From contig CBDBKM010000010.1 in NCBI GenBank assembly GCA_965206695.1, positions 192,001 to 256,000 of the forward strand: a DNA stretch of 64,000 nt, written 5' to 3'. Position 1 is the first letter of the stretch; every line of letters starts with the position of its first letter. Source of the DNA: Chlamydiales bacterium (lineage in GTDB: Bacteria; Chlamydiota; Chlamydiia; Chlamydiales; JAAZZY01). A model generated the notes under the pieces. The model searched no databases and had not been told where the DNA came from. It saw nothing but the letters and a program-made list of their open reading frames with translations. The translations under genes and the position numbers were made by a program. Shown here one piece after another: positions 10,428 to 20,986 of this stretch.

Positions 10428-10940
10428 ATGACAACTTTAAGTCCGGCAAATTTAACTGCGGTTTCTGATCAATTAAAAGTTAATGTTCAATATCGTTCAC
10501 CTACCTGTCAAGAGATTATTTTGGCTCTTACAAAAACAGGTATGGTTTTGACTGAAGGAATCTTATTAAGTGCAGTAGGCGTTGTTATTCTTTTTAAAAC
10601 AATTCAAGCAGGTGATACTTTTATAAAAGGAGGGTGTATTTCGGATCCTTTTGTAAAAGAAAGCTGGTGGAAGATTTGGTCTGATGAATGGGCGCCAGCA
10701 GCGGTTAATTGTAGTGGAGCTTCTAAAGGAAAGCTTTGGGTAAGAGCTAAAGAGTATGCTCGTCAACATCCTAAAAGTATGAATGCCGATGTCGTATATA
10801 ACTTGGGCGTTGCGACTTTGGGTGTAGCCGGGGCAATAGGAATCATAACAGGATTAACATGTTTAGCTTCAGGAATTAACTTAATTCATCACTCATTTAC
10901 TTATTTAATTCACCTTCCGCACACACTCTGGGAGTCTTGA
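10428..10940 (+). CDS. Hypothetical membrane protein; last ~9 codons come from the IS5 end
   Basis: GAGGAG RBS before ATG 10428; two hydrophobic segments. Confidence 0.6.
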   Translation: MTTLSPANLTAVSDQLKVNVQYRSPTCQEIILALTKTGMVLTEGILLSAVGVVILFKTIQAGDTFIKGGCISDPFVKESWWKIWSDEWAPAAVNCSGASKGKLWVRAKEYARQHPKSMNADVVYNLGVATLGVAGAIGIITGLTCLASGINLIHHSFTYLIHLPHTLWES

Positions 10941-11936
10941 AATATAAGTGACTATTTTTTTAAAAAGCTGTTATGCTTTTTTTTTAAAGGAGAGGTGTGA
11001 TGAATCAAATTGAAATGATCAGTTTAGAAGATTTAATTCCCGAAACGCATAATTACCGTAAATTCGATCAAATTTGGTCTTTTAGATCCTATCCAAAATT
11101 TTTGCTGACTTAAGAGATCAACTAAGCAACCAAGGAGTGATGAATGAGGTTTTTAGTTTCGTAGACGCCACTCATTTAATTACTAAAGCCAATTTATGGA
11201 AAGAACGAGATAAAGCCCTACAAACCAAATACGAGAAATTAAATAATGAGGTACTACCGAAGGTTGCCGGCGACGGACAAGCCCGTATTGGTTGTAAAGG
11301 TAATGATAAATTTTGGTACGGTTATAAAAAACATATCAGTGTAGATATGCAAAGTGGTTTAATTAATAAAGTAGCCATTACACCGGATAATAAAACAGAT
11401 GCTCAAGGTTTGGAACATGTCTGTCCTACTCAAGGAACCATTTATGCAGAAAGGTTATTGTACAAATCCGGCTAAGCAAGCTGCTGCTAAACGTACATGT
11501 CATTTAGCGGCTATTAAGAAAAATAATATGAAGGAAAAGAATAAAGACTGCGATCGATGGTATAGTGGTTTACGCTCGGCCCTATGAGCGAGTGTTTTCT
11601 CAGGATCCTAAGCGCATCCGTTATCGGGGTGTTGCTAAGAACCAATTTTCGGCCTTTATGCAAGCGATAAGCTTTCATTTAAAACGCTTATTGGTGCTTT
11701 ATTTCCCAAATGTTTGTTTAAATTGAAGGATAGCTATGTCTACGTTCCGTCAAGTTTTCCGGCTTGCAACAGCAAACTTCTATAAATAGCTTTAAAAGCT
11801 TCTACAATAAACGATTAAAATCCAATCCGTTTTTTTTTATTTCTAAAGCATAAAAACCTGTTAGATCACAACACATCTACTCTTGTAAAGAGCGTTTGGA
11901 TTCTATAGCCTGCTTAGTAGAAGGTGTGTGTAAGGT
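10912..11936 (+). mobile_element. IS5-family element with internally deleted, frameshifted transposase
   Basis: IRs ACCTTCCGCACAC / GTGTGTGTAAGGT; fragments MNQIEMISLEDLIP, FVDATH, WYGYKKH and ERVFS. Confidence 0.8.
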
Positions 11937-11948
11937 ATTAAGTAATAT

Positions 11949-13187
11949 TTAAGCTATTTTCTCATCCGATCGTTTAATAATCGGATCCTTACCTTTGCTA
12001 ACTGTATCACCTTCGATGATAATTTCACTAATGGTATCGTCGGTAGGGATCTCAAACATCGTATCTCGCAAGAGATCTTCTAAAATCATCCTAAGAGCAC
12101 GCGCTCCGGTGCCTGCTTTGACAGCTTTGCCGGCGATAGCTGTTAAAGCTTCATCTGTAAAAGTGAGTTTAACATTGTCATGCTTGAACATGTGAGTAAA
12201 CTGCTGGATTAAAGCATGTTTAGGCTGAGTAAGAATATTGACTAAATCTTCTTCAGTTAATTCATTGCAATTAACAAAACAATTGAAACGACCAATAAAT
12301 TCAGGGATCATACCAAATTGAACAAGATCGTGTGGTTCGACTTTGGATAACAAGTAACTTTTTTCATGAGCATCAAGAGCTTTCTTATTTGAAACGCTAA
12401 AACCAATGGTTCCTTTCCCTAGTCTTTTAGCGATAACTTTATCTAAATTAACAAATGCGCCACCTACTATAAAAAGAATGTTTTCAGTATTAACTCGAAT
12501 GTATTCTTGGTTAGGATGTTTTCTTCCGCCTTTTGGAGGAACATTAGCAACTGTTCCTTCAACAATTTTTAATAAAGCTTGTTGAACACCTTCACCTGAA
12601 ACATCTCTTGTAATAGAAACATTCGATGTCGTTCTTCCAATCTTATCAATTTCATCAACATAGATGATACCTTGCTCTGCTCGTGCTACATCATATTCTG
12701 CAGCTTGGAGTAGTCTAAGAATGATATTTTCAACATCTTCGCCTACATAACCTGCTTCTGTTAATGTTGTCGCGTCTGCAATCGTAAAGGGGACATCTAA
12801 TATTTTAGCTAATGTTTTAGCAATAAGAGTCTTTCCTGATCCTGTGGGGCCGAGAAGAAGTACATTTGATTTATTATATTCAATATCAGACCCACTACTC
12901 ATTAATTGAATACGTCTATAGTGATTATAGACGCCAACAGATATAGTTTTTTTAGCTTCTTCTTGTCCAATGATATACTCATCCAAGAGGCTCTTAATTT
13001 CTTTAGGTTTTAAAATAACGAGTTCATGAGTAGTGGTTTTTTTTTCTACAATACCCATGCATAACCGAACGCATTTATCACATATGTAAACGTCAGGCCC
13101 TGAAATAAGCTTTTCAACAACATCCTCAGTTCGGCCACAAAATGAACAATTCGCTATATCTTTTGATGAAAATGATTTTCTTCCCAT
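11949..13187 (-). CDS. clpX: Clp protease ATPase subunit ClpX
   Basis: C4 zinc finger, [14 protein letters not shown] and [14 protein letters not shown]. Confidence 0.97.
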   Translation of the reverse strand: MGRKSFSSKDIANCSFCGRTEDVVEKLISGPDVYICDKCVRLCMGIVEKKTTTHELVILKPKEIKSLLDEYIIGQEEAKKTISVGVYNHYRRIQLMSSGSDIEYNKSNVLLLGPTGSGKTLIAKTLAKILDVPFTIADATTLTEAGYVGEDVENIILRLLQAAEYDVARAEQGIIYVDEIDKIGRTTSNVSITRDVSGEGVQQALLKIVEGTVANVPPKGGRKHPNQEYIRVNTENILFIVGGAFVNLDKVIAKRLGKGTIGFSVSNKKALDAHEKSYLLSKVEPHDLVQFGMIPEFIGRFNCFVNCNELTEEDLVNILTQPKHALIQQFTHMFKHDNVKLTFTDEALTAIAGKAVKAGTGARALRMILEDLLRDTMFEIPTDDTISEIIIEGDTVSKGKDPIIKRSDEKIA

Positions 13188-13222
13188 AATGTTTCTATTG
13201 CAATTTGGTTAAATTATTATAA

Positions 13223-13849
13223 TCAAACTTCGACTTTATCAATACTATTCTCTAACGCGGAGGATTCGGATTGCTTTTTGATAACTTTATCAACAATCCC
13301 ATACTCAACAGCGTCATCAGGACTCATAAAATAGTCTCTATCCCAATCGATGAGAATTTGGTTTAAATCTTGGCCGGTAGATTGTGTCATTATTTCTGCT
13401 AAATTTTCCTTCATTTTGCGAATTTCTTTCGCCTGAATGTTAATATCAATCGAAGTACCAATGACGCCACCATCCGGTTGATGGATCATGATACGACTAT
13501 GTGGTAGAGCGTAGCGTTTACCTTTGGTTCCCGCAGCAAGAAGAACTGCACCCATTGAAGAAGCTTGTCCAATACAATAGGTATTCACGTCACAACCTAA
13601 AAACAACATTGTATCATAAATAGCTAAGCCGGAAGAGATATATCCTCCGGGCGAGTTGATATAAATGCTAATTTCCTTTTTCGGGTCCTCCATTCTTAAA
13701 AAAAGAAGCTGAGCGACGACGACATTTGCAATCTGATCATCAATAGCTGTTCCGATAAATATTATTCGATCTTTTAAAAGACGTGAATAAATATCCATTG
13801 AACGCTCACCACGTCCGGTATCTTCGATAACATATGGAGTCAGAGACAT
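13223..13849 (-). CDS. clpP: Clp protease proteolytic subunit
   Basis: DIYSRLL, YINSPGG, ASSMG and MIHQP motifs. Confidence 0.97.
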   Translation of the reverse strand: MSLTPYVIEDTGRGERSMDIYSRLLKDRIIFIGTAIDDQIANVVVAQLLFLRMEDPKKEISIYINSPGGYISSGLAIYDTMLFLGCDVNTYCIGQASSMGAVLLAAGTKGKRYALPHSRIMIHQPDGGVIGTSIDINIQAKEIRKMKENLAEIMTQSTGQDLNQILIDWDRDYFMSPDDAVEYGIVDKVIKKQSESSALENSIDKVEV

Positions 13850-13899
13850 GTATTTTCCTCTTTTAGTTAAAGCTTATTATTCCCATTATAGTCATTCGT

Positions 13900-14195
13900 G
13901 TTGGAGGCTTATGATCTTGCCAAACATCGTGTTTAGCTCACCGCTCTTTTCCTGCTTCTACGCTGCTCCGTCTCTGCTAACCTTGGGCGACGCTCAGAAA
14001 TTATTCACAACTCCACAGGCACTCTACCGCTCGCGCAGCGGATCAGATTTAAAAATCAACCAAACTATAGCATACGAGGCTATTTTAATAGAGGAAAAGA
14101 TCGCATAGCCCAACTAAAATTAAATGCCTCTCAAACTCTCTGCCGTCGCAAGCGAGTCCGGGGGTCGACTACATCCGTGCAGTCTTCAAAGAACT
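13900..14195 (-). ncRNA. Putative stand-alone TnpB omega-RNA-like scaffold in a non-coding mini element
   Basis: Same motif order and spacing as the 3' end of the tnpB at 28742; 26/27-nt match to 29913-29939. Confidence 0.6.
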
Positions 14196-14327
14196 CATTT
14201 TTATGCCAAAGTTTTTCAGGAATTAAAAACATTCATTTTAAATCATTGCTATTGAAGAAATAATCTTAAGTATATGGGTTCGATATCTTAAGCGTTTATA
14301 ATTATTCGGTCTTTTCAACTTGTCATT

Positions 14328-15653
14328 TTAAGTTACTTTAGCTTGTTGAATGATGAGGTCTTTTACTTTATCATTGATTATTTCAATATAACATAACATT
14401 CGTAATTCACTTATTAAGCGTTCATCTAAATTCGGATTTTTGTGCTGCAATAAACCCATTTCAGAAAGATGATGCATAATTGATTTTCTCAGCTCATCTT
14501 CTGTGACTTGAACCTTCTTTTCAAAAGCTAGTTTTCTGAAGATAAAATATAATTTAAGAGCTCTTTTTGCAGCGGCTTCAATTTCGTTTTCGATTTCAGG
14601 TTGTTGTTTAGTAATTTCTTCATCGCTTAAACCGGACTGTTTCAATTTGTAAATACGATCTTGCATTCGGTTTTGTTTTTCTGTTTCAACAAGAGTTTCC
14701 GGTACGTCAAATTCAATAGATTTAGTCAAAGCTTCCTCTAGTTGATCCTTTATAGCTTTTTGAGCTTTAGCTTCAGCTTCTGCAGTCAAACGTAAGTATA
14801 TGTTAGTTCTTAGTTCTGCGACAGAGGTAGCACCAAGTTTTTTTGCAAACTCATCGTCAATTTCAGGAGGAGTTCCTTTGAAAATGCCTTTAACTGTTAA
14901 CCGACAATTAGTGGGTTTAAAGTTTTTTAAAGATTCTTTAGGTAGGTTTTCATCAGCTTCACTCATTCCTTCAGCTGTATCACCGGTGGATAAACCAATA
15001 ACTAATTTACGTAACCAATTACCCGTTTTCTTCTCTTTCATTTCAAAACGTCGATCCGTTACAATCATTTTCTGTGTTTTCAAATCTTGGATATCTAAAT
15101 CGACATAATCACCTTCTTCAATAGGTCTATCTTTGATGTCTTCGAATTCAACATGATACGATAGCATCATAGAGATGACTTCATCGACTTTTTCTTGTTC
15201 GACTTCTTCCTTTTCTATCTTTTTCAAGTCAATGGATTGAATATCTATTTCGGGTATTTCAGGTTCAGATTCAAATTCAAAACGGATGATTGCGCCTTCT
15301 TCATCAGAACAACTCTCAAGAGTATGTTGAACTTGCTTATTTGAAATCGGATGAAGTTTTGTTAATACCAATGCTTCATTTAAACTGTTATTAACAGTAA
15401 TTTCTTTCCAACGTTGATCAACATAAGATGCGTATTTTTTTAAGACAACGGCGTCAGGTGCTTTACCTTTACGAAAGCCGGGCAAAGAGATATCTTTTTT
15501 TATTTCTTTCACAGCTTTTTGAAAAGAAGCTTTGACCGTAATAGGAGATACCTCGACATTTAATTCAATTTTACAGTGCGGGTGTTGCGTGACTGTAACC
15601 TTGACATGATCACTTTGTAAGGGTTGATTATCTGCGTTCTGTTTTTCTGGCAA
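14328..15653 (-). CDS. tig: Trigger factor
   Basis: LPGFRKGKAP motif; upstream of clpP-clpX. Confidence 0.95.
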   Translation of the reverse strand: MPEKQNADNQPLQSDHVKVTVTQHPHCKIELNVEVSPITVKASFQKAVKEIKKDISLPGFRKGKAPDAVVLKKYASYVDQRWKEITVNNSLNEALVLTKLHPISNKQVQHTLESCSDEEGAIIRFEFESEPEIPEIDIQSIDLKKIEKEEVEQEKVDEVISMMLSYHVEFEDIKDRPIEEGDYVDLDIQDLKTQKMIVTDRRFEMKEKKTGNWLRKLVIGLSTGDTAEGMSEADENLPKESLKNFKPTNCRLTVKGIFKGTPPEIDDEFAKKLGATSVAELRTNIYLRLTAEAEAKAQKAIKDQLEEALTKSIEFDVPETLVETEKQNRMQDRIYKLKQSGLSDEEITKQQPEIENEIEAAAKRALKLYFIFRKLAFEKKVQVTEDELRKSIMHHLSEMGLLQHKNPNLDERLISELRMLCYIEIINDKVKDLIIQQAKVT

Positions 15654-15735
15654 GGGAGCCTCTTATAAATATTTGATTAAATTTCTTTAAGATAAGCCGC
15701 ATCTGTATTAACGGGTGTTATTTTAGTTAAATAAT

Positions 15736-15807
15736 AGCGGGTGATGAGGTTCGAACTCACGACCCTCACGTTGGCAACGTGATGCTCTACCACTGAGCTA
15801 CACCCGC
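15736..15807 (-). tRNA. tRNA-Gly(GCC)
   Basis: Reverse complement GCGGGTGTAGCTCAGTGGTAGAGC...TTGCCAA...GTTCGAA...CACCCGCT folds as a cloverleaf; CCA not encoded. Confidence 0.95.
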
Positions 15808-15996
15808 ACATTCCAAAATATCTCGTGATTTTGAACTAAGCATTTTACCTTTTAATCTATATTTTACTCAAGTATAAACTCTTAAAATACCCATGTATGA
15901 ACTATAATACCGTGGATAAATTTAATGTTGGACTAGATTGGCTTATCAAATTTCCAAAAAATTCAATAGATCATAATTAAGTAACTTAATTAATTC

Positions 15997-16067
15997 ACCT
16001 TACGCTCACCTTCTTACTAAGCAGGTTATAGAATCAAACGCTCTTTACGAGAGTGCGTGCGTAAGGT
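15997..16067 (-). mobile_element. 71-bp MITE derived from the IS5 family at 10912-11936
   Basis: ACCTTACGC...GCGTAAGGT ends; interior matches 11878-11936 in reverse. Confidence 0.75.
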
Positions 16068-16322
16068 AAGTGATTTAGGTTGTATTTTTTTGTTTTCAAT
16101 AGCGATTCATAGGCATGAAACAGAGGAATAGACTTGAACAATAATAAGGATAATTTTAAAAGGAGTTCCTTATGGTATTTTTTGTTAATTTTTATTGCGG
16201 TTGTTTGATGAAAGAGTTACAAACTACAGCTCTTTGCTGCTTGTCATTTGTAGGCTGGGTATAATTAGGAGATAATTGTTACAACTTAAGATCAAATTAT
16301 AACTTAGGACTGATAGAAAATC

Positions 16323-19300
16323 ATGCTAAATTTTCGTAGGCTTCGACAGGATTTTTCTTCTAATATATTGAAGGAAGGTCGTGGATTATATGATAAGAAA
16401 ATGGTATCAACTGCCAAGATTTTACACTTGGATAAAGATGTTATTAGACTAAGCGGACGAGTCCGGGGAAATTATGATAATAACTATGAAAGTGAAATTG
16501 AAATAGACCGAACAGAATCCTCTGCAATGGATTCTAACTGCGACTGTCCTTATACCTATGATTGTCAACATCTAGCAGCACTACTATTCTTTTTAGAGGA
16601 GCATATTGATGAGATTCTGGTCTCTTATTCAAAAGAAGCGGATCTTGATGAAAATGAACATGTTGATGAAGATGAAAAAGATCGATTACGTGAAACTTTT
16701 GAGCAGGCTGAGAGTAAAGAAAAAAGCCGAATAAATGAAAAATCCCAGAAGGAATTACTTATCGAATACATTGGAGCTTCTGAGATACTGGGAAAAGCTC
16801 CATATTTTTTACCCAAAGAAGAATCTCAGCAAGTAGATAAGGCAGAACTGGCGATTATTTTTAATACTCTGGAATCAACTCCGGGAGAATTTTGCAATAA
16901 AAATCCTGAAATACAATTAGCCCTAAGATTACCCTTTCGTTCAAAGCCATTAAATATTCCGAATATCAAAGCATTCATTAATGCGATTCGTTATCAAGAG
17001 CCGATTTATATTTCCGGTAAACGTTATCTATTCATGACCCACTCTTTTCCGTTAGAAAGTATTTCTATTCTAAGAGTATTGATGAACCAACTCAGTTATC
17101 GTTCTCAAGGACATGAAAGAAATCAACGGATTGTTCAAGTCGAAGCTGAAGTATTTGGAGATATGTTAAATAAAGTTTACCAATTAGCGACTGAACAAAC
17201 CTCGAGCCATAAGAGTACTAAAGATCCTGAAGGTTTATTGATGCCTTGTCTTTATAATGCGAGCATTGAAACCCCCCTTAGATTTTCTAATATGCAAGCC
17301 GGCCTGCAATTTAAATTGGAATACCTTGAATCGCCGGCTCCAAAACTCTTTTTAGAACCTTTCATTTTAATAGATAATACACCGATTCAACCTGAAGAAA
17401 GTTTCTTATTTGAATGTGCAAAACCGGGTTTAATTTATAAAAATTGTTATTATGTTTTCCCCGGTCATTTAAGACGTGTTCATTTGCGGTATCTTTCTAA
17501 AATTCGTGATATGGTTATTCCTGAACCATTATTTGGTACCTTTGTAGAGAATGCACTTACCGAATTGCAACGATTTGCAACAGTTGGAAATCAAGAGGTA
17601 ATCGAACGATTTATTACCCTACCTTTTGTTAGTAAGCTAACAGCTAGATGCGATATTTCTTATGTAGATGCAGAAATGGAGGCATCTTTATTTTTCTTAT
17701 ATGATGAGATTAAAGTACCGGCAGCCGGTAATATATTAGGATATGATGATGTCTCTTTGTTTATTACGGATCAAGGAATTCTAGCTCGAAATTTAGTACA
17801 AGAACAAGAGATTATCAAGGACCTATTTCAAGGGTTTGTTTTTAATAAAGAGCAAGGTGTCTTTATTGCCAAAACTGATAAGGTTATTGTCGAGTTTATG
17901 ACTGAAATGCTTCCTCGAAACCATGACAGAGTTCAATTTGAATGTCCACACAATTTACTTGATCAGTTTATTTATGATGAGACAGATTTTGAATTAAATT
18001 TTAGAGAAACTGATCGTGTAGACGCCTATAAAGTTGAGTTAAAAGTTAATGGTCATTTGAAAGATATTAAACTTGATTTACTTTGGGAGTGTTGTTCATC
18101 TAGAAAAACTTATATCGAATTAGAAGCACTCAGAACCAAACGTAAAAAAGGCGGAAGCGGTCCAAGTAAACAGCATAAGATATTAGTGCTTGATCTAGAT
18201 CGAATAACTCCGGTTATTCAAATATTTGATGAAATTGGTTTAGCAAAGGTCGAAGATCATAAAGAATTTAGACCATTGTGGAGTTTAGCGAGTGTTGCAG
18301 TGGCACAATTTGATGATCTCCCCATTAAAGTTACAATGAGTGACAATCTTAAAAAGATTCAAGAACAGATGATGGGATTGCGTTCTATTAAATCAACACC
18401 AATACCTAAAGAAATTAAAGCGGAACTTCGCAATTACCAGAAAGAAGGTATCGAATGGTTAGAGCGTTTGAGATCCATGCATCTTAATGGTATTTTAGCT
18501 GACGATATGGGGTTAGGAAAGACGCTGCAAGCGATTGTAGCCATTACACAAAATAAAATCAATAACCCGGAAGCTATCTCATTAGTTGTTTGCCCAACAT
18601 CCTTACTTTATAATTGGCAAGAAGAAATTAGCCGTTTTAATCCAAAATTAACAATTTTGGTTATTGACGGTATTCCCGCTCAACGGAAAAAATTGCTGGT
18701 TAAAATTGATAAGTATGATGTTATCATTACTTCCTATAGCTTATTGCAAAAGGATGTGGAAACTTATAAGAAAAGAATATTTGACTACGTTATTTTAGAT
18801 GAAGCTCAACATATAAAAAATAGAGGCACACGCAATGCTCAATCAGTAAAACTATTGCAATCTGTCTTTAAATTAATATTGACGGGTACACCTGTTGAAA
18901 ATTCTCTTGCTGAATTATGGAGCTTGTTTGATTTCTTAATGCCGGGACTTCTTAGTACCTATGAACGTTTTGTTGAAAAATATGTAAGAGATTCAGGTCA
19001 CACACATAAAGGGAATATGGAAAAGCTTAAGAAAAAGGTTTCTCCCTTTATTTTAAGAAGGATGAAAGCAGATGTTTTAGATGACTTACCTCCTGTTTCT
19101 GAAATTGTTTATCATACTCAACTCTCTGAAGTACAACAAGACTTATACAAATCGTATGCTGATTCCGCACGAGAAGAACTATCTAATCTTGTTAAGAAGG
19201 AAGGATTTGAAAAAGTTCAAATACATGTCTTAGCAACATTGACTCGATTAAAGCAGATTTGTTGTCACCCTGCAATTTTTGCTAAAGAAAAAGCAGAAAA

Positions 19301-19817
19301 GGCTGATTCCGCTAAATATGAAATGCTTTTAGAGCTGCTTGATACGCTGATAGAAGGGCAGCATAAAGTGGTTATTTTTAGCCAATATACTCGCATGTTG
19401 GGTATCATGCGTAAGGATCTTGGTCAACAAGGTATTCGATTTAGTTATTTAGACGGTTCATCTAAGAATCGGTTGGAAATAGTTAAACAATTTAATGCGG
19501 ATCCTTCCATTTCAGTCTTTTTAGTTTCTCTAAAAGCCGGAGGCTCAGGTTTAAACCTTGTTGGAGCTGATACTGTTATTCATTATGATATGTGGTGGAA
19601 TCCGGCGGTTGAAAGTCAGGCTACAGATCGTGTACATCGCATAGGTCAGACAAAATCTGTCATGTCGTATAAGTTAATTACTTTAGGCACAATTGAAGAA
19701 AAAATCCTGCAGATGCAAGAACGCAAGAAGGGTTTAGTGAAAAAAATAATAAGCTCTGATGATGAGGCTATTTCGAAATTAACTTGGGAAGAAGTCTTAG
19801 AGTTATTACAAACTTAA
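16323..19817 (+). CDS. SWIM zinc finger plus SNF2-family helicase
   Basis: CDC..C.H SWIM motif; LADDMGLGKT, DEAQ and QATDRVHRIGQ. Confidence 0.93.
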   Translation: MLNFRRLRQDFSSNILKEGRGLYDKKMVSTAKILHLDKDVIRLSGRVRGNYDNNYESEIEIDRTESSAMDSNCDCPYTYDCQHLAALLFFLEEHIDEILVSYSKEADLDENEHVDEDEKDRLRETFEQAESKEKSRINEKSQKELLIEYIGASEILGKAPYFLPKEESQQVDKAELAIIFNTLESTPGEFCNKNPEIQLALRLPFRSKPLNIPNIKAFINAIRYQEPIYISGKRYLFMTHSFPLESISILRVLMNQLSYRSQGHERNQRIVQVEAEVFGDMLNKVYQLATEQTSSHKSTKDPEGLLMPCLYNASIETPLRFSNMQAGLQFKLEYLESPAPKLFLEPFILIDNTPIQPEESFLFECAKPGLIYKNCYYVFPGHLRRVHLRYLSKIRDMVIPEPLFGTFVENALTELQRFATVGNQEVIERFITLPFVSKLTARCDISYVDAEMEASLFFLYDEIKVPAAGNILGYDDVSLFITDQGILARNLVQEQEIIKDLFQGFVFNKEQGVFIAKTDKVIVEFMTEMLPRNHDRVQFECPHNLLDQFIYDETDFELNFRETDRVDAYKVELKVNGHLKDIKLDLLWECCSSRKTYIELEALRTKRKKGGSGPSKQHKILVLDLDRITPVIQIFDEIGLAKVEDHKEFRPLWSLASVAVAQFDDLPIKVTMSDNLKKIQEQMMGLRSIKSTPIPKEIKAELRNYQKEGIEWLERLRSMHLNGILADDMGLGKTLQAIVAITQNKINNPEAISLVVCPTSLLYNWQEEISRFNPKLTILVIDGIPAQRKKLLVKIDKYDVIITSYSLLQKDVETYKKRIFDYVILDEAQHIKNRGTRNAQSVKLLQSVFKLILTGTPVENSLAELWSLFDFLMPGLLSTYERFVEKYVRDSGHTHKGNMEKLKKKVSPFILRRMKADVLDDLPPVSEIVYHTQLSEVQQDLYKSYADSAREELSNLVKKEGFEKVQIHVLATLTRLKQICCHPAIFAKEKAEKADSAKYEMLLELLDTLIEGQHKVVIFSQYTRMLGIMRKDLGQQGIRFSYLDGSSKNRLEIVKQFNADPSISVFLVSLKAGGSGLNLVGADTVIHYDMWWNPAVESQATDRVHRIGQTKSVMSYKLITLGTIEEKILQMQERKKGLVKKIISSDDEAISKLTWEEVLELLQT

Positions 19818-19885
19818 ATGATAAATTTCCAATAAAATACAAAATATGTGATGATACTCATTGAAGTTTTGAGTAAGGAAAAAGG

Positions 19886-20974
19886 ATGATAAAGAAAAGT
19901 CATATTAGCGCAATAATGGAAAAAATGCATAGGTCTTCGTTGCGAAGATTCAATAAATTAGCGGGTTTTTTTTCAAGTGATATTGGAATAGATTTAGGGA
20001 CAGCGAATACACTAGTCTATGTAAGAGGGAGAGGGATTGTTTTAACAGAACCTTCTGTTGTTGCTGTTGACTCACGTACGAATGAAGTTCTGGCTGTTGG
20101 ATCTAAAGCAAAAGCCATGTTGGGCAAAACACCTCAAAAGATACACGCAGTAAGGCCAATGAAAGATGGGGTAATTGCTGATTTTGAGATAGCTGAAGGG
20201 ATGCTGAAAGCATTAATAAAAAGAGTTACTCCGGCCCGTAGTTTATTTCGCCCTAAAATTTTAATTGCAGTTCCTTCCGGTATCACAGGAGTAGAAAAAA
20301 GAGCTGTAGAGGATTCCGCTATCCATGCAGGAGCTCAAGAAGTTGTTCTTATTGAAGAACCGATGGCCGCTGCCATTGGGGTGGACCTTCCGGTCCATGA
20401 GCCTTGTGCTAATATGATTATTGATATTGGAGGGGGTACAACTGAAATTGCGATAATATCTTTAGGAGGTATTGTTGAATCTCGATCATTAAGGATAGCA
20501 GGAGATGAGTTTGATGATTGCGTGATCAACTATATGCGAAGAACTTATAATTTGATGATTGGTCCCAGAACAGCTGAAGAAATCAAAATTACAATCGGGT
20601 CGGCTTATCCTTTAGGGGATAATGAATTAGAAATGGAAGTTCGTGGACGAGATCAAGTCGCAGGTCTCCCTGTAACGAAACGAATTAATTCTGTTGAAAT
20701 TCGAGAATGTCTTGCTGAACCTATTCAGCAAATTATTGAGTCCGTCAAACTTACGTTAGAAAAATGTCCTCCTGAATTAGCAGCTGATTTAGTTGAAAGA
20801 GGAATGGTATTAGCCGGTGGAGGTGCCTTAATAAAAGGGTTTGATAAAGCTTTTATTAAAGAAACGGGTTTGCCTGTTATAGTTGCTCCCAATCCTTTAT
20901 TAGTGGTATGTCTGGGAACAGGGAAGGCTTTGGAATATCTGGACAAATTCAAGCCTAGAAAAGCAAGAATTTAA
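19886..20974 (+). CDS. mreB: Rod shape-determining protein MreB
   Basis: IDLGTANT, DIGGGTTE and LAGGGAL motifs. Confidence 0.96.
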   Translation: MIKKSHISAIMEKMHRSSLRRFNKLAGFFSSDIGIDLGTANTLVYVRGRGIVLTEPSVVAVDSRTNEVLAVGSKAKAMLGKTPQKIHAVRPMKDGVIADFEIAEGMLKALIKRVTPARSLFRPKILIAVPSGITGVEKRAVEDSAIHAGAQEVVLIEEPMAAAIGVDLPVHEPCANMIIDIGGGTTEIAIISLGGIVESRSLRIAGDEFDDCVINYMRRTYNLMIGPRTAEEIKITIGSAYPLGDNELEMEVRGRDQVAGLPVTKRINSVEIRECLAEPIQQIIESVKLTLEKCPPELAADLVERGMVLAGGGALIKGFDKAFIKETGLPVIVAPNPLLVVCLGTGKALEYLDKFKPRKARI

Positions 20975-20986
20975 TGGTTATTTAAC

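Noticed and set aside
13878..13890. 13-nt match TATTCCCATTATA between the solo omega-RNA flank and 29962-29974 beside the related tnpB element
   Set aside because: AT-rich, includes a TATAAT box, and lies distal to the likely guide start; could be chance or a promoter motif, so not claimed as a guide-target pair.
13848..14108. 86-aa plus-strand ORF
   Set aside because: Antisense to the structured element and the clpP leader; no recognisable motif.
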